From Hemiscyllium ocellatum (lineage: Eukaryota): DNA of 64,000 nucleotides. Position numbers and translations under genes: made by a program. Under the pieces are notes generated by a model. The model made no database searches and was not told where the DNA came from. It saw only the letters and a program-made list of their open reading frames with translations. This document shows, in pieces, positions 1 through 11,913 of the stretch (positions are counted from its first letter, which is position 1; every line of letters begins with the position of its first letter). Where the stretch lies: assembly GCF_020745735.1 (NCBI RefSeq), contig NW_026867451.1, positions 310,001 through 374,000 on the forward strand, read 5' to 3'.

Positions 1-537
1 ACTGGTTAGGCCATACTGAAGCGTTGTGTGCATGTTATCGAAGGAATGTGATTACACTGAAGGCAGTATTGATTAGATTTGCCAGGATCTTGCCTGGGTT
101 GGAGGGTTTTAGTTATGAAACGAGATGAGATAGACAGGGGTTTTCCTTGAAGCAGAGGAGAGTTAGGGAGAAGATTATCATGATGTCTAGAATTATTTTA
201 GGCATAGACTGGGTAAACTGGATGAAACCTTTCCCCTTGATGGAGAGATCAATGCCTCAGGGGCACAGGGTGAAGGTAAGGCCAGGAGGTTCCAAGTGGA
301 TCTCAGGGGAAAACAAAATCAAACAGAGGGTGGTGTTAGCCTGGAGCTCAGCACCTATAAGTCATGTAGAGACTGAGCCCCTCATAATAAGTATGAAGTA
401 TTGAGATGCATCCTTGCAAGGGCAAGTCACACAAGGCAATGGATCATGTGCTGGCACATGAGACTGGAATAGTTAGGTGGCTGTTATTGATAGGCGCAAA
501 CTGGATGGATCAAAGGGCCTTTTTCCTGTGCTGTATA
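1..537 (+). mobile_element. CR1-type LINE 3' fragment (degenerate)
   Basis: Resembles other CR1 3' copies in the window (ctggttaggcca...gggcct...tgtgctgta). Confidence 0.65.
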
Positions 538-624
538 AGGGGATTCTGTGAAAATGGTTATAAATAATGCCTTATCCATATTAATGCCAGATGCTCTGTT
601 TATCTCAGTTCCCACAATACGTAC

Positions 625-933
625 CTGGACATGGCATTTCTTTGCTCTTGTGTGACCCGCTGTGTTGAACCTCACAGTAGATTTTGCTGGGGCAATCTAC
701 CGCTGACCCGGGCAGGGTTAACTGGCTGCTCAGGGTGTAGGTTCCCTTCTTGTTTCTCACTGATGGGTAAGTCTTCAATCCACCATTCGTGATTAGCTCC
801 CCACCTTTCTTCCAGGTTACCTTGGTGACTTCTGGGGAATAGTCCATCACCAAACAACCAAAGATTGTCGAATCGGTGTTGTGCTCCTCACAGGAGGAGA
901 CCAGGCCATAAAGCGTGGGGGGAGATGGTGTCT
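625..933 (-). CDS. IGHM: IgM heavy-chain constant exon CH1
   Basis: Acceptor ttctattgtag|AG at 933 and donor CCAG|gtacgt at 625/624. The 309 bp encode (E)[102 protein letters not shown], an Ig C1-set domain with the shark Cmu1-type start [14 protein letters not shown]. Confidence 0.93.
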
Positions 934-1282
934 CTACAATAGAATGACCAATTGAGCATGTTAGTTTCTGTTAATTTGACCTTATCAGTTACTCAAATGT
1001 ATCCTCAGCTGTAACCGTTTGCCAGTATGCTCCCGCTGAAGTCTACAGCATAACTGGAGTTTATTTTTGTTTCCTACCAGTTGCTGATCATGATCATTGG
1101 TTCCCTCTTGAGAAACATGCCCTCGACCTTGACCATTGCCATATCATTTAGGAAGAAGAACATCCTGATCCCACCCCAGTAACTGTTTGAAGATCTCACC
1201 AATTGACACTTTCATTGGATTGCTGTGAAGAGCAGAGAAGTTTCACAAAATACAAACCAAGGAAATGCAGATTCATCGAAAT

Positions 1283-1596
1283 TCTACAGTGTGTGCAAAC
1301 AGGCCATTTGGCCCAACAATTCCACACCCACCCTCTGAAAAGAAACGCATCCAGACCCATTCCTCTACCCTATTATGCTACGGTTAACCCTGACTAATGC
1401 ATCTAACCTCCCAATCACTGAACACAACATTTGCAATTTCCCCAGCTTGTACAGATTTGGACTGTGGGAGGAAATGCACACAGATGTGGGGAGAAAGTGC
1501 CAACTCCACACAGACAGTTACCCGAGGCTGGAATGGAGCCAGAGTCCCTAGCACTGTGAGGCAGCAGCGCTAACCATGGAACCAGCGTGCCGCCCC
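1283..1596 (-). mobile_element. HE1-like tRNA-derived SINE (diverged)
   Basis: Colinear with the 2225-2549 copy; tRNA-like head at the right end (ctgtgaggcagcagcgctaacc). Confidence 0.75.
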
Positions 1597-1661
1597 ACTA
1601 GGTACCATGCTGCTGGAAATACCCAACAGCTGGCAGTACCCCCGGAGAGAAATCAGAGTGA

Positions 1662-1957
1662 ATCATAGAACATAGAACATCACAGTGCAGTGCAGGCCCT
1701 TCGGCCCTCGATGTTGCGCTGCCCTGACATACTAATATGAAGCCCATCCCACCTACACTATTCCATGTACATGCATAGGCCTGTCCAATGACAACTTAAA
1801 TGTACTTAAACTTGGCGAATCTAATACCATTGCAGGCAAAGCACTCCATACCCTTACTACACAATGAGTAAAGAAACTACCTCTGCTATCTGTCTTATAC
1901 CTGTCTCCCCTCACTTTAAAGTTGTGTCCCCTCGTGTTTGCCGTCCCCATACTTGGA
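1662..1957 (-). mobile_element. CR1-type LINE 3' end
   Basis: catagaacatagaac short-repeat tail followed by ggcccttcggccc and CR1 3' sequence. Confidence 0.65.
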
Positions 1958-2024
1958 AATCAGGTCCAGTGAGCCTTCCTCACTTATCAATGTAAGACAG
2001 AATGTTCTCTCTGGGAGGAAGGTC

Positions 2025-2025
<1 letters not shown>

Positions 2026-2055
<30 letters not shown>
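2026..2055 (+). repeat. (CAG)10 microsatellite
   Basis: Ten consecutive CAG units. Confidence 0.95.
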
Positions 2056-2057
<2 letters not shown>

Positions 2058-2224
2058 CAGGCAGGAGCTGAGCACTGGGACGGGGAGGATGGCTGTCACG
2101 GCTGAACTCAGGCCAATTGGCTGGAAGTTGAAACATCTAATTTACAATTATCTGAATTCTGGAGGCCTCTGAAAAATGGAGGACCATTAAGGTTCAGAGA
2201 CTTTGGAGTGTTACAGCTGAGTAT

Positions 2225-2549
2225 TTAGATTAGATTAGATTAGATTAGATTACTTACAGTGTGGAAACAGGCCCTTCAGCCCAACAAGTCCACACCGACC
2301 CGCCGAAGCGCAACCCACCCATACCCCTACATATACCCCTTACCTAACACTACGGGCAATTTAGCATGGCCAATTCACCTGACCCGCACATCTTTGGACT
2401 GTGGGAGGAAACCGGAGCACCCGGAGGAAACCCACGCAGACACGGGAGAACGTGCAAACTCCACACAGTCAGTCGCCTGAGGCGGGAATTGAACCCAGGT
2501 CCCTGGCGCTGTGAGGCAGCAGTGCTAACCACTGTGCCACCGTGCCGCC
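2225..2549 (-). mobile_element. HE1-like SINE, full length and young
   Basis: Minus strand begins ggcggcacggtggcacagtggttagcact (A box) ... gggttcaattccc (B box) and ends in an (AATCT)n tail. Near-identical to copies at 43993 and 61262. Confidence 0.9.
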
Positions 2550-2769
2550 ATGTAAATATGATTTGAGAAATGAACAAGTAATCTTTAACTTTAATAACTA
2601 TCAAACTGATACGCAGTTCACCACCAAACCTCATCTCTCAGACTAACCACTGCACTTACTCTGCCTAGACCTAAATTTCCACTCACATTGACAAACCCCA
2701 CCCTGCTATACACCCATTCATGCCCGGAACACACAATCCCCATCACACAAAACACATCCAAGGCAATCC

Positions 2770-3440
2770 ATATTGACAGTGTAGCTGAGCAGAGAGATCT
2801 CGGTGCCCATGTACACAGATCCCTAAAAGTTGCCAGCCAGTTTGATAGAGTTGTTAAGAAGGCATACTTTGTGCTGGCTTTCATCAATAGAGGGACTGAG
2901 TTTCAGAACCACTAGGTTAGGTTGCAGCTGTACAAAACTCTGGTGTAGCTGCACTTGGAGTATTGTGTACTGTTCTGGTCGCCACATTATAGAGAGAATG
3001 TGGAAGCTTTGGAAGAGTTCAGAGGAGGTTTACCAGGATGTTGTTTGGTATGGCGGGAAGGTTTAATGAGGAAAGGATGAGGGTCTTGAGGCTGTTTTTG
3101 TTTGAGAGAAGAAGGTTGACTTAATTGAGACATAAAAGATAAACAGAGGGTGGACAGTGAAAGTCTTTTTCCTGGAATAGTGATAGCTAGCAGGAGAGGA
3201 CATAGATGACAGATGTCAGAGGTTGTTTCTTAACTCAGAGAGTGGTAGGGGCATGGAACGCACCGCCTGCAACAATAGTACACTCACCCACTTTAAGGGC
3301 ATTTAAAAGGTCATTGGATAAACATATGGATGAAAATGGAATAGTGTAGGATAGATAGGCTTCAGATTTTTACACTGACCTGTGGAATCATTGAGGGCTG
3401 AAGGGCCTGTACTGCACAGTAATGTTCTATATTCTATATT
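2770..3440 (+). mobile_element. CR1-type LINE 3' fragment
   Basis: RT C-terminal remnant (QRDLGAHVH..KVASQ.DRVVKKA..LAFI.RG.EF) and a ttctatattctatattc tail. Confidence 0.8.
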
Positions 3441-4063
3441 CCAGATGGACATATGATCTCAATTCCTTTCAGTCATTTACACTCCTGCCGCCCTGTACCT
3501 GGTCCATGGTGAACCTGGCCCTGACTGGACCTGACACCATCATTTCCACAACCTCTGACAAAAGCCCACTACCCAAGACATGACCTCAGCCCTTGATCAC
3601 TGACCTCTCATCTTACCCAAGACAACCTGTGCACATTGCATCCTAGCTCCTTTGGCATCTGTGCTTCACAACCTACCATTTTGCCAGACTCTGAGCTTTG
3701 CATTTTGACAACACGTCCACCTGTCACTTCATTACAGTGACCTTCCACCCCCTGAAACATCCTGGCACTCTGCCCACCTCTACACTAACCAGCCTGGCAT
3801 CCTGCCCACCTCTCCATAAACCAGCCTGGCAAAGACAGACCTCCTGCATTTCAGCTCAAACTACCCCTCACCTACCAAGCACAATTTGACCAAATTATCC
3901 TGTGACCATTACCATTTCCCTTGATGCCACCTTGCCAGACAGAGTGCACGCAAGCTTACCCAGCAGCCAGCCTACCAGCCCAAACTCTCCCACATGCCCA
4001 ATCTAGCCCCTCACTTGCTCACCACCTTCCAACTTTGAGCCTATCCACCATAAAGTCAGTGAG

Positions 4064-4450
4064 ACATAAAGTCGTACAGCACAGAAACAGTTCCTTTGGT
4101 CCAGCCCAGCCATGCTGACCAGAGTTCCCAAATTAAACTCATTCCACTTGCCTGCCTTTGCCCATATCCATCCAGACCGATCCAGTTCCTGCAGCTGTTC
4201 AAATGTCTTCTCAATGTGGGACCGATCTCTGCACTTCCCGCTTCCTCTGGCAGTTCATTCCAATGTTTTGGACAGTTACAACATGAAGCCCTAACTCCTG
4301 CACTCAGTGCTCTGACCAATGAAGGTACGTGCGCCAAACACCTTCAACACACTAGGTACTTGAGACAACGCTTTCAAGAATCTAAGAGTCTTGAATCTAT
4401 GAATTTCTGTGGTGGAGAATTCCAAACGAATTCACCATTCTTGTGTTGAA
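4064..4450 (-). mobile_element. CR1-type LINE 3' fragment
   Basis: Reverse complement of the CR1 3' region (WN.LPEE...F..HL remnant). Confidence 0.6.
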
Positions 4451-4918
4451 CAGTAAACAATCAGGTTCAATGCTATCAGTGTGTTGGGAAGATTGATGAG
4501 CAGCAAGATTAATGATGATCCCATGAATGGAATAGCCTTCTAGAGAGGCCGAGATGCCTTCTTCAGCTTCCATTTTGCATGCTGACATGTCCGTTCGGCA
4601 GCATATTCCAAAATTGTGATCCTTGAGGATAAGGGCACACATGCATGTGAAGCTTTCCTCCATATCAGACTTCAACTTAACTCTCAACTATTTCCCTGCC
4701 CGTTTCCTCTTCCTCAATCACAGCCATGGGGCTCACTTCCTAACAGCGCTGTGAATGTGCTAATACCACACAAACTTCAGCAATTCAAATAGACTGATGA
4801 CAACTTGTTTCTCAAGGCGATATAAAAAGTCTGACACTTCCACACCTGTCTCGAGATTCAAACAACCACTAGAAGAATTGAAAATTATTTGAGGCACTTG
4901 TGTGTCTTCACAAGATGA

Positions 4919-5150
4919 CATGATTTCCTTTTTTTAAAAATCACACAACACCAAGTTATAGTCCAACAGGTTTAATTGGAAGAAAACTAGCTTTCGGAGT
5001 GACGCTCCACTATCACCTGATAAAGGAGCGTCACTCCAAAAGCTAGTGTGCTTCCAATTAAACCTGTTGGACTATAACCTGGGGTTGTGTGATTTTTAAC
5101 TTTGTACACCCCAGTCCAACACCAGCATCTCCAAATCATGGTTTCCTTTT
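4919..5150. mobile_element. Palindromic PLE-terminus-derived element (family B) with 14-bp TSD and degenerate hammerhead
   Basis: Inverted arms aaaaatcacacaac...ggagtgacgctcc / ggagcgtcactcc...gttgtgtgattttt. Flanks CATG(A/G)TTTCCTTTT at 4919-4932 and 5137-5150. Confidence 0.75.
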
Positions 5151-5220
5151 GAGTGATTTGACTGTGTTTTCACTGAATGAACAGAGCTATTTCTTAATCA
5201 TATAATAGGAATGAAGCTTC

Positions 5221-5450
5221 CCTCATTTTTAGCAACTGCTGAAAATGTATTGCTGGAAAAGCGCAGCAGGTCAGGCAGCATCCAAGGAGCAGGCAGCATC
5301 CAAGGAGCCCTTCCTGAAGAAGGGCTCATGCCTGAAACGTCGATTCTCCTGCTCCTTGATGCTGCCTGACCTGCTGTGCTTTTCCAGCAACACATTTTCA
5401 GCTCTGATCTCCAGCATCTGCAGTCCTCACTTTCTCCTCATTTTTAGCAA
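5221..5450. mobile_element. Palindromic PLE-terminus-derived element (family A) with 15-bp TSD and hammerhead motif
   Basis: Arms match the terminus of the 36984-39431 PLE. TSD CCTCATTTTTAGCAA at 5221-5235 and 5436-5450. CTGAAGA-A-GGGC-TCAT-GCCT-GAAA-CGTC at 5314-5341. Confidence 0.8.
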
Positions 5451-8129
5451 GGCAATCACACATTATATTTCTTGATTCCAGGGAAGTATAGTGTTAAATT
5501 AATGAAATATGATGATTGGGATGTTTCAATTGGAAATTGTCAGATATTTAAAGTTTACTTTCATGAGCAATTAATCCCAGCCTCATTGTGTCACAGTACT
5601 CACAGGAATGTCTTTCAGAAATGGTGTCTCCCTTTGTTATGGGCAGTCAAATCAGTAAATCTGGGATAGCTTTTGCTTGTTAAACAAAGGTGTTAAAGAG
5701 CTTTAGCCAAAGGGAGACCTGTGGATTGAGCTCACAGATGCACCATGATCTAAGTAAGTGGGGGAACAACTAGAGGGGCTGAGTGCCCTCCTCTTGTTCC
5801 TACCTTCCTAACATTGTGTCATTCATTAAGCTAGCACTGGCCGTGAATACTTCTGATTAAAATATTTCGATAAATTAATTGTTTCACACATGCTTTAAAA
5901 AAAACTTCTGTTGATTATTTGGAACTGGTTCACTGACATTCTCTATTTGAGTGATCAAAATAACTTCCACCCAATTACAGCAGCCACTGCACTCTGCAGT
6001 GTGTTGTTACTTCATAATAGTTTCTTGTGAAACTACAGCTCGAGATCAGGGCACTCAAATTCAATAATATCTCTGAACATTTGCAATTTGTTCAAATGCA
6101 TCCTTTCTCTGAAGAACGTGTTTAATCGAACAGAACGTTTTTCAATGAAACAACAAACTTTAAATGCTAGAAAACCAAAATAAAGACAGAAACGTCTGAA
6201 GAAACTCAGCAGGTCTAGCAGCTCCTGTGGAGAGAAGGCAAGGTGAACCTTTCCCATCCAGAGACCCCCTCTTCACCAAATTGTTTTCATGTTTTTGGCA
6301 CAAGAGCTCACACCTGTTGAGATAAACAGTGATTACGTTGGCTTGACTCCTGTTGGAAAAAGGATTCTTAGCAGAGGTACTGGATGGTCTGAGATAGCAA
6401 TGGAAGACCAACTGAAAAGCTATCACCATCTGCTGCAAGTGTTGGATTCAACGGAAACCCCCACAGTACTGAACAATCAAATTCAGCTACAGCACTGGTT
6501 TAATATAAAGTAAAACAGCCTAAGCAAAATCTCATCAAATATACTTTGAAAATGATTCATTCGGGATTAGTTATAAATGATATTGTTAGAACAGCAAGTC
6601 AAAACCTGGGATTTCTTTGAGCACTTACTCCATTAACCCCATCTAGCGATGCCCAAAAGCTTGTGAACAAATATTGATCTGGAAAAAGCTGCTAACCACC
6701 AAAATTCTGTTTAATGTCTAAGAGACACAAGTCAGGACAGCGATTGAATAGAGTTCACTGGCCTCTGTGAGTGGAATTCCAACAAACACCCAAACATCTC
6801 AATCTGCTTTCTTGTACTGAAGTAACCTGATAAGAGATGGTGTTACATATCTCTCTAACAGGTTGTAAGTGAACACAGGCCACCTGGCACAGAATCAGGG
6901 ACCCTACCACAACATCACAACAGACCTGAACACAATGAGCTCGACACTATCACGGAGAACACAGCTCACCTGTTTTGACAGTTTATAAACCATGTTAGTT
7001 ATTAACACCTTCCAACAACCAGGGATTGTTCCAGAATGTTAGTACAATGAAAGTAACATTTCAACGTTTATCCAAGAATACTTTGACAGCTGCTCCAAAT
7101 TGTTCAAACTCGATGGGAACTACAGAGCAATAAAACTAGGAATTGCATTGCCATCAATTCACTGTCACTAGATTCCAACCTCGAACTCCCTTCCTCATTC
7201 CCCTGTGAATGTTGCTGCACCAGACGGTCTACTTAGTTTGAAAAAGATTATAATGTTTTGAAGTGTAATAAGACCATTGCTGATAATAAGTTTTCAAATA
7301 ATAAGATTCCAAAAAAAATTCTGATTTTACATAGTGCCACGAAACATCTCCTGCATAACTGAGGCACAAAGAAAATCTGCAGCATATTTCCCTCTGCCTC
7401 GCTCAATCAAATATCTCTTGTTGTCAACAACCAATTTCAAATCTCTTGCTATCTGCCTTTTGATCCTGAAACGTTCGTTCTGATTGGAACAACTTAGTCA
7501 GGGCTCTCAATTCTGAGGCACCTAATCAAATATTGTATTTCTGGCAGATAAAAGTGGTTTTGAAGCTCGAGATAAAATTGAACTGTCTGAGATTCAGGTA
7601 TCCGAACTGGACAATTTATAAATGGTCAGGACCGTGGACAAGTTAGTCAGAGATAGCACTGAAACAAACTGTACAACAGACTTAATCCCAGAGGATACAT
7701 TGCTCAACTCCTTACATCAAATATATTCACTGTAATTGAATATTCATCAGAGGAACTAACCAGTGGATTAATGTGAACGAGAATGTGTTCACAATGAACA
7801 TAAATAACCACTGAGTTCATAAACTTAATAAGTCATTGTATTTAACAAAATTATTGAGGTGGGAAATATCGCCAATTAAAGCACAGATCTGGAGGAAATG
7901 GATTATTCTCTAAATTATTTTTACATATTCTTAAAGCGTTCCTCGAATTGTGGAGATTTTGCATGCACTGCATAAACAATACTGCATTCCAGTGTGGAAA
8001 GCATTTCTGTTGAAGGAATTAGGGCAAGGTTATTTTCTTGTTAACTGCTTGTAATGAACTAAAATGTTGAAAAAGGTATGAATTGAAAACATGCTTCTGT
8101 CTGGAGTTGCCCACTTTAACGGATGTCTA

Positions 8130-8428
8130 AGTAAATGTGGGCACTGCTGCCTCACAGATCCAGGTACCCAGGCTCGGTTCCAGCCTCGGGTGACTGCCTA
8201 TGTGGAGTTTACACAATCTCCCCTGTGTCTGTGTGGATTTCCTCCCAAAATCCAAAGATGTGCAAGTCAGGTGAACTGGTCATGCTATATTGTCTATAGT
8301 GTTAGGTGCATCAGTCAGGGGTAAATATAGGGTAGGGGAATGGGTCTGGGTGGGTTCCTCTTCAGAGGGTCGGTGTGGACTTGTTGGGCCAAATGGCCTG
8401 ATACATACTGCAGGAAATCTAATCTAAA
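8130..8428 (+). mobile_element. HE1-like SINE (diverged, 5' end eroded)
   Basis: gcactgctgcctcacag...actgcctatgtggagttt...ggaaatctaatcta. Confidence 0.75.
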
Positions 8429-8671
8429 TGATTGTCACACTGAACTAATGTGAGCAGATTCCTTCAGATCGCTACATTGCAATAAATCGATCAAGTATAT
8501 TAATTAAAATAAATATTACTCTATTTTCAGTGTTTGAATAAACAATGTGCTCTGTTATCCTCTAGTTCATGTCTTCTGCAAATTTGTGAACTCTGCATAT
8601 GCCTGAACACATCGATGTAAAATGAATTTTCTGCGTTTGCAGCAAGTACTCCCATGGTTTTAAGAGGAGAG

Positions 8672-9012
8672 TTCCTACAGTATGGAAACAGGCCATTTGG
8701 CCCAACAATTCCACACTGACCCTCTGAACAGTAAGTAGACCAACCAGACCCATTCCCCCTAATTTATATTTACCCCTGACTAATGCACCCTAACCTAGAC
8801 ATCCCTGAACACTATGGCTGTGCTAAACTGCACAATCACCTGACCTGCACATCTTTTGGACTGTGGTAGGAAACCACAGCACTCGAAGGAAACCCACACA
8901 GACACAGGGAGAATGTGCAAACTCCACACAGGCAGTCACCCGAGGGTGGAATCAAATTTGGGACCCTGGCGCTGTGAGGCAGCAATGCCAATCACTGAGC
9001 CACCATGCTGCC
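8672..9012 (-). mobile_element. HE1-like SINE
   Basis: Colinear with the other SINE copies in reverse orientation. Confidence 0.75.
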
Positions 9013-10625
9013 CTGGAGTTCATGAGTGGATTACTTTAATTAATTCGAAATTTGGTTGGTCACATAATTCACTATAGCAATTGTTTCCCGAAGAATGACT
9101 CTTCAGTTGATATTTTGTTATAAAATGTAACTATTTATTTAACATGCACAGATTGGGAACACCTAAAGCACTGTGCAGGTTAAATAATTCAGTTAATGTT
9201 TTATTTTTATCCTGCAAATCCAGTTTAATCAGGGACATAACAATTAATTAACTCAAGTTATATGTGAAACTGATCAAAGCAGTGAAACTGATCTGTTCTT
9301 CATAGAATTGAGCAGAATTTCCAAATGGTCTTTGCCAATGATCTTTTCCAGCCAGAAAAATATGTATGTAGTGTACAGGGGAATTGAAAGGTGTTTCTTG
9401 ATCAATTATAGCACAGTCATGGCATTTTTGCTCAAGAGCAAGAACTATTAGAACATTAGACTTTTGAAATTCTATTTATATTTCTCTATGACTTGTAAAC
9501 TGCTTAAAGACAGACCTTGTGATTGAACTAGATAGTTGAGTTTCGAATTTGGATTGTAAAGCATGGATTAGATTAATCCTTAATTATTTATTTTAAGTAA
9601 AAATAGCACCTGAAGGTATCTGTTTTCCCTTCATTTCTAAAACCTGTGCGATTTGCCTTTCACTTTATAATAGACTTTATGAAATTGTAACTCGCATGCT
9701 GATTGCATTGAATGAGTAAAGAGCAGTTCACTGTCACCAACCGTGTTAACATTGCAAAAACAATGTAGAAACCAGAAACGGTTTCCCAAATATAACACAT
9801 TTAATGTTACCCAAGCACAGTCCCTCCTCAACAGATCAACGATCACCAGATCACAACACGGTATGTTTGCAGCAGAACTAGCTCTGCAAACATTTTCAAC
9901 AGAACCAAGAACATGATGTCACCTCACAAATAAAACCAAATTGAAGTCTAACAAAGCTGCTCAGAATCAAGCAAACTAATGATTAAATTGAATAGAAATA
10001 ACAGGTCATAATAGCAACCTTGTTTGTGAGGGGACTTAACACTTAAAGCTGTAACGTTTCTGGCAATAGTTCAATTTATTTCTAACCTGCACACCCTTCC
10101 TGATCATGACAATCTTGTGCAGTGCACAGTAGAGTGGGGTTGAAGGCATATATTGATTAATCACCTCGTGGTCAAAACAAAATTACTGAATGGACAAATA
10201 TTACCACATTATAATTTTAAGTTAGTTTCAATTACGTAATCTGATCAATTCTGCAGTTTCAGATTTAGGTCCCAAATTTTATTTTGAATGAGGCTACTTA
10301 AAACAAAATTCAGTTCGTTTACAATTAGAACGGAGTTTTTTGTTTAAAGTCAATCCATTAAAAACTCGTTTTTTTTCATTTCTCACACATCTGGGTTTCT
10401 GCCTTAAGTTGTTTTTCAGACCGTTACAAATGGATGTCATGTTTTCAATCAAGCAGAGAAAAATGTGTCATATAAGTTTAACAAATGCAGAAATGATTCA
10501 TGAAAAACAAAAGAACTTCACAAATATTGGTAATGAAAAGTAATCCAGAGAGTCAATCTCCTCACCAGAAAGAAAACATCGATTCAGAAAGCACGAAAAC
10601 TCAGATCAATTTCACAAACTGAATA

Positions 10626-10915
10626 AGAATCCAATCAACTCAATTCAACAGAATCAAGGAAAATAAAATCAGAATCCAATCAACTTAAAACAACAGATTT
10701 GAATGAAACATAATCAGAATCCAACCAATTCAATTCAACAGAATCAAATAAAACCATTTCAAAAGTCAATCAACACAATTCAACAAAACCAAGTAAAAAC
10801 AAAGTCAGAATCCAATCAACACAGTTCAACCCGAATCAACTAAAACAAAGCCAAAATCCAATCAACTCAATTCAACAGAATCAAGTAAAACAAACTCCGA
10901 ATCTAATCAACAGAA
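10626..10915. repeat. Degenerate ~45-bp tandem array (~6.5 units) in the J-C intron
   Basis: Unit agaatccaatcaactcaattcaacagaatcaag(g/t)aaaa(t/c)aaa(a/g)tc recurs at about 10626, 10671, 10716, 10762, 10807, 10853 and 10899. Confidence 0.85.
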
Positions 10916-11428
10916 TGCAATATAGCACCGCAAGAAACTTTGATGACAGTTTCTAACCTGCTTGTCATCAACAAAATTAACAAAATAAATGAGAAAATAT
11001 AATCATGGTAAGAACATATATTCAAGAAATGAATAATGATATTTTAGCATATTTTAGTCATGTTTGGTAATATCTTGAACATCTTTGAATTCGTAGCATT
11101 TGTTGTTGATAATAAAACTCACAGTCAGGGTGTCACTGACATTAAACATTATTTATAGCTGACTGATTAAGTGACATTAGGTGTTTCAAGTAACCCAGCC
11201 ACATAGAATGTCCATCTGATCAAAAAAAGAGATACACTGAGCAAATGACTCCATCATCACCATTTTAACTGTTTGCTGAGCCTTAATTGAAGTCTATAAT
11301 CAGTCTGAACAAAAATCAATCCGAACCAAACCAAACTCAGCACAGAATCTGAGTTTCATTTAATTCAGAAATTAGTCACATGAATAGAAAGTTTTTAAAA
11401 AGTCACTAAGAATGTTCAAAGTTCTTAC

Positions 11429-11476
11429 CTGAAGTCACTGTCACCATGGTCCCTTGGCCCCAGTAATCAAGAGCAT
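11429..11476 (-). CDS. IGHJ: JH gene segment (ALDYWGQGTMVTVTS)
   Basis: ATGCTCTTGATTACTGGGGCCAAGGGACCATGGTGACAGTGACTTCAG|gtaaga. It carries the WGxG motif and a phase-1 donor matching the CH1 acceptor. Confidence 0.97.
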
Positions 11477-11515
11477 CACAGTGTTACATTCTCTGGACTG
11501 GATCACACAATAACT
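11477..11515 (+). other. JH recombination signal sequence (23-RSS)
   Basis: Heptamer CACAGTG 11477-11483, 23-nt spacer, nonamer ACAATAACT 11507-11515. Confidence 0.93.
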
Positions 11516-11842
11516 AGCTCTGCATAAAACAAATCAAAAATCTACCATCATTTTAAATTTTCAGAACCACAGGCAAAATAAAATCACGATAAATCTTCAT
11601 CACATAATTGCGCGAGTGAATTTTGATCATTCTTGATAAATTTTAATACTGTTTTATACTTCACAGAGTAACACATCAGCTGATTCTCAACATCCCCAAC
11701 TAGTGTATCAATAATTACCCAACACTTTTACAAATTAAATAGTGATACTGGCATAAAACCCCACAGAACTAATACCGAACTGCAAGTTAAGACGGTTTGT
11801 AGAAGTAATCACTGACTAGTTTCAAACAATGGAGGCTGAATA

Positions 11843-11913
11843 GGTTTTTGTATTGATCATAATTGCAGTGTCACCCCAGCTATATCACTGTGAGACACGT
11901 TGTGTCAAATACT
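11843..11913 (-). other. D2 gene segment (coding 11871-11885, ATATAGCTGGGGTGA) flanked by 12-RSS on both sides
   Basis: J side: heptamer CACTGCA (11864-11870, minus), 12 nt, perfect nonamer ACAAAAACC (11843-11851, minus). V side: CACTGTG 11886-11892, 12 nt, TCAAATACT 11905-11913. Confidence 0.9.

Noticed and set aside
605-853. ORF-track boundaries for the constant domain
   Set aside because: The ORF starts mid-exon and runs into the intron. Splice signals define 625-933.
2500-2549. tRNA gene calls at SINE heads (also ~44280-44316 and ~61262-61330)
   Set aside because: A/B boxes are present, but they continue into SINE body and tail with no complete cloverleaf.
10626-10915. Classical immunoglobulin switch region
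   Set aside because: Short (~290 bp), lacks AGCT/GAGCT repeats and G-clusters. Kept only as an unexplained array.
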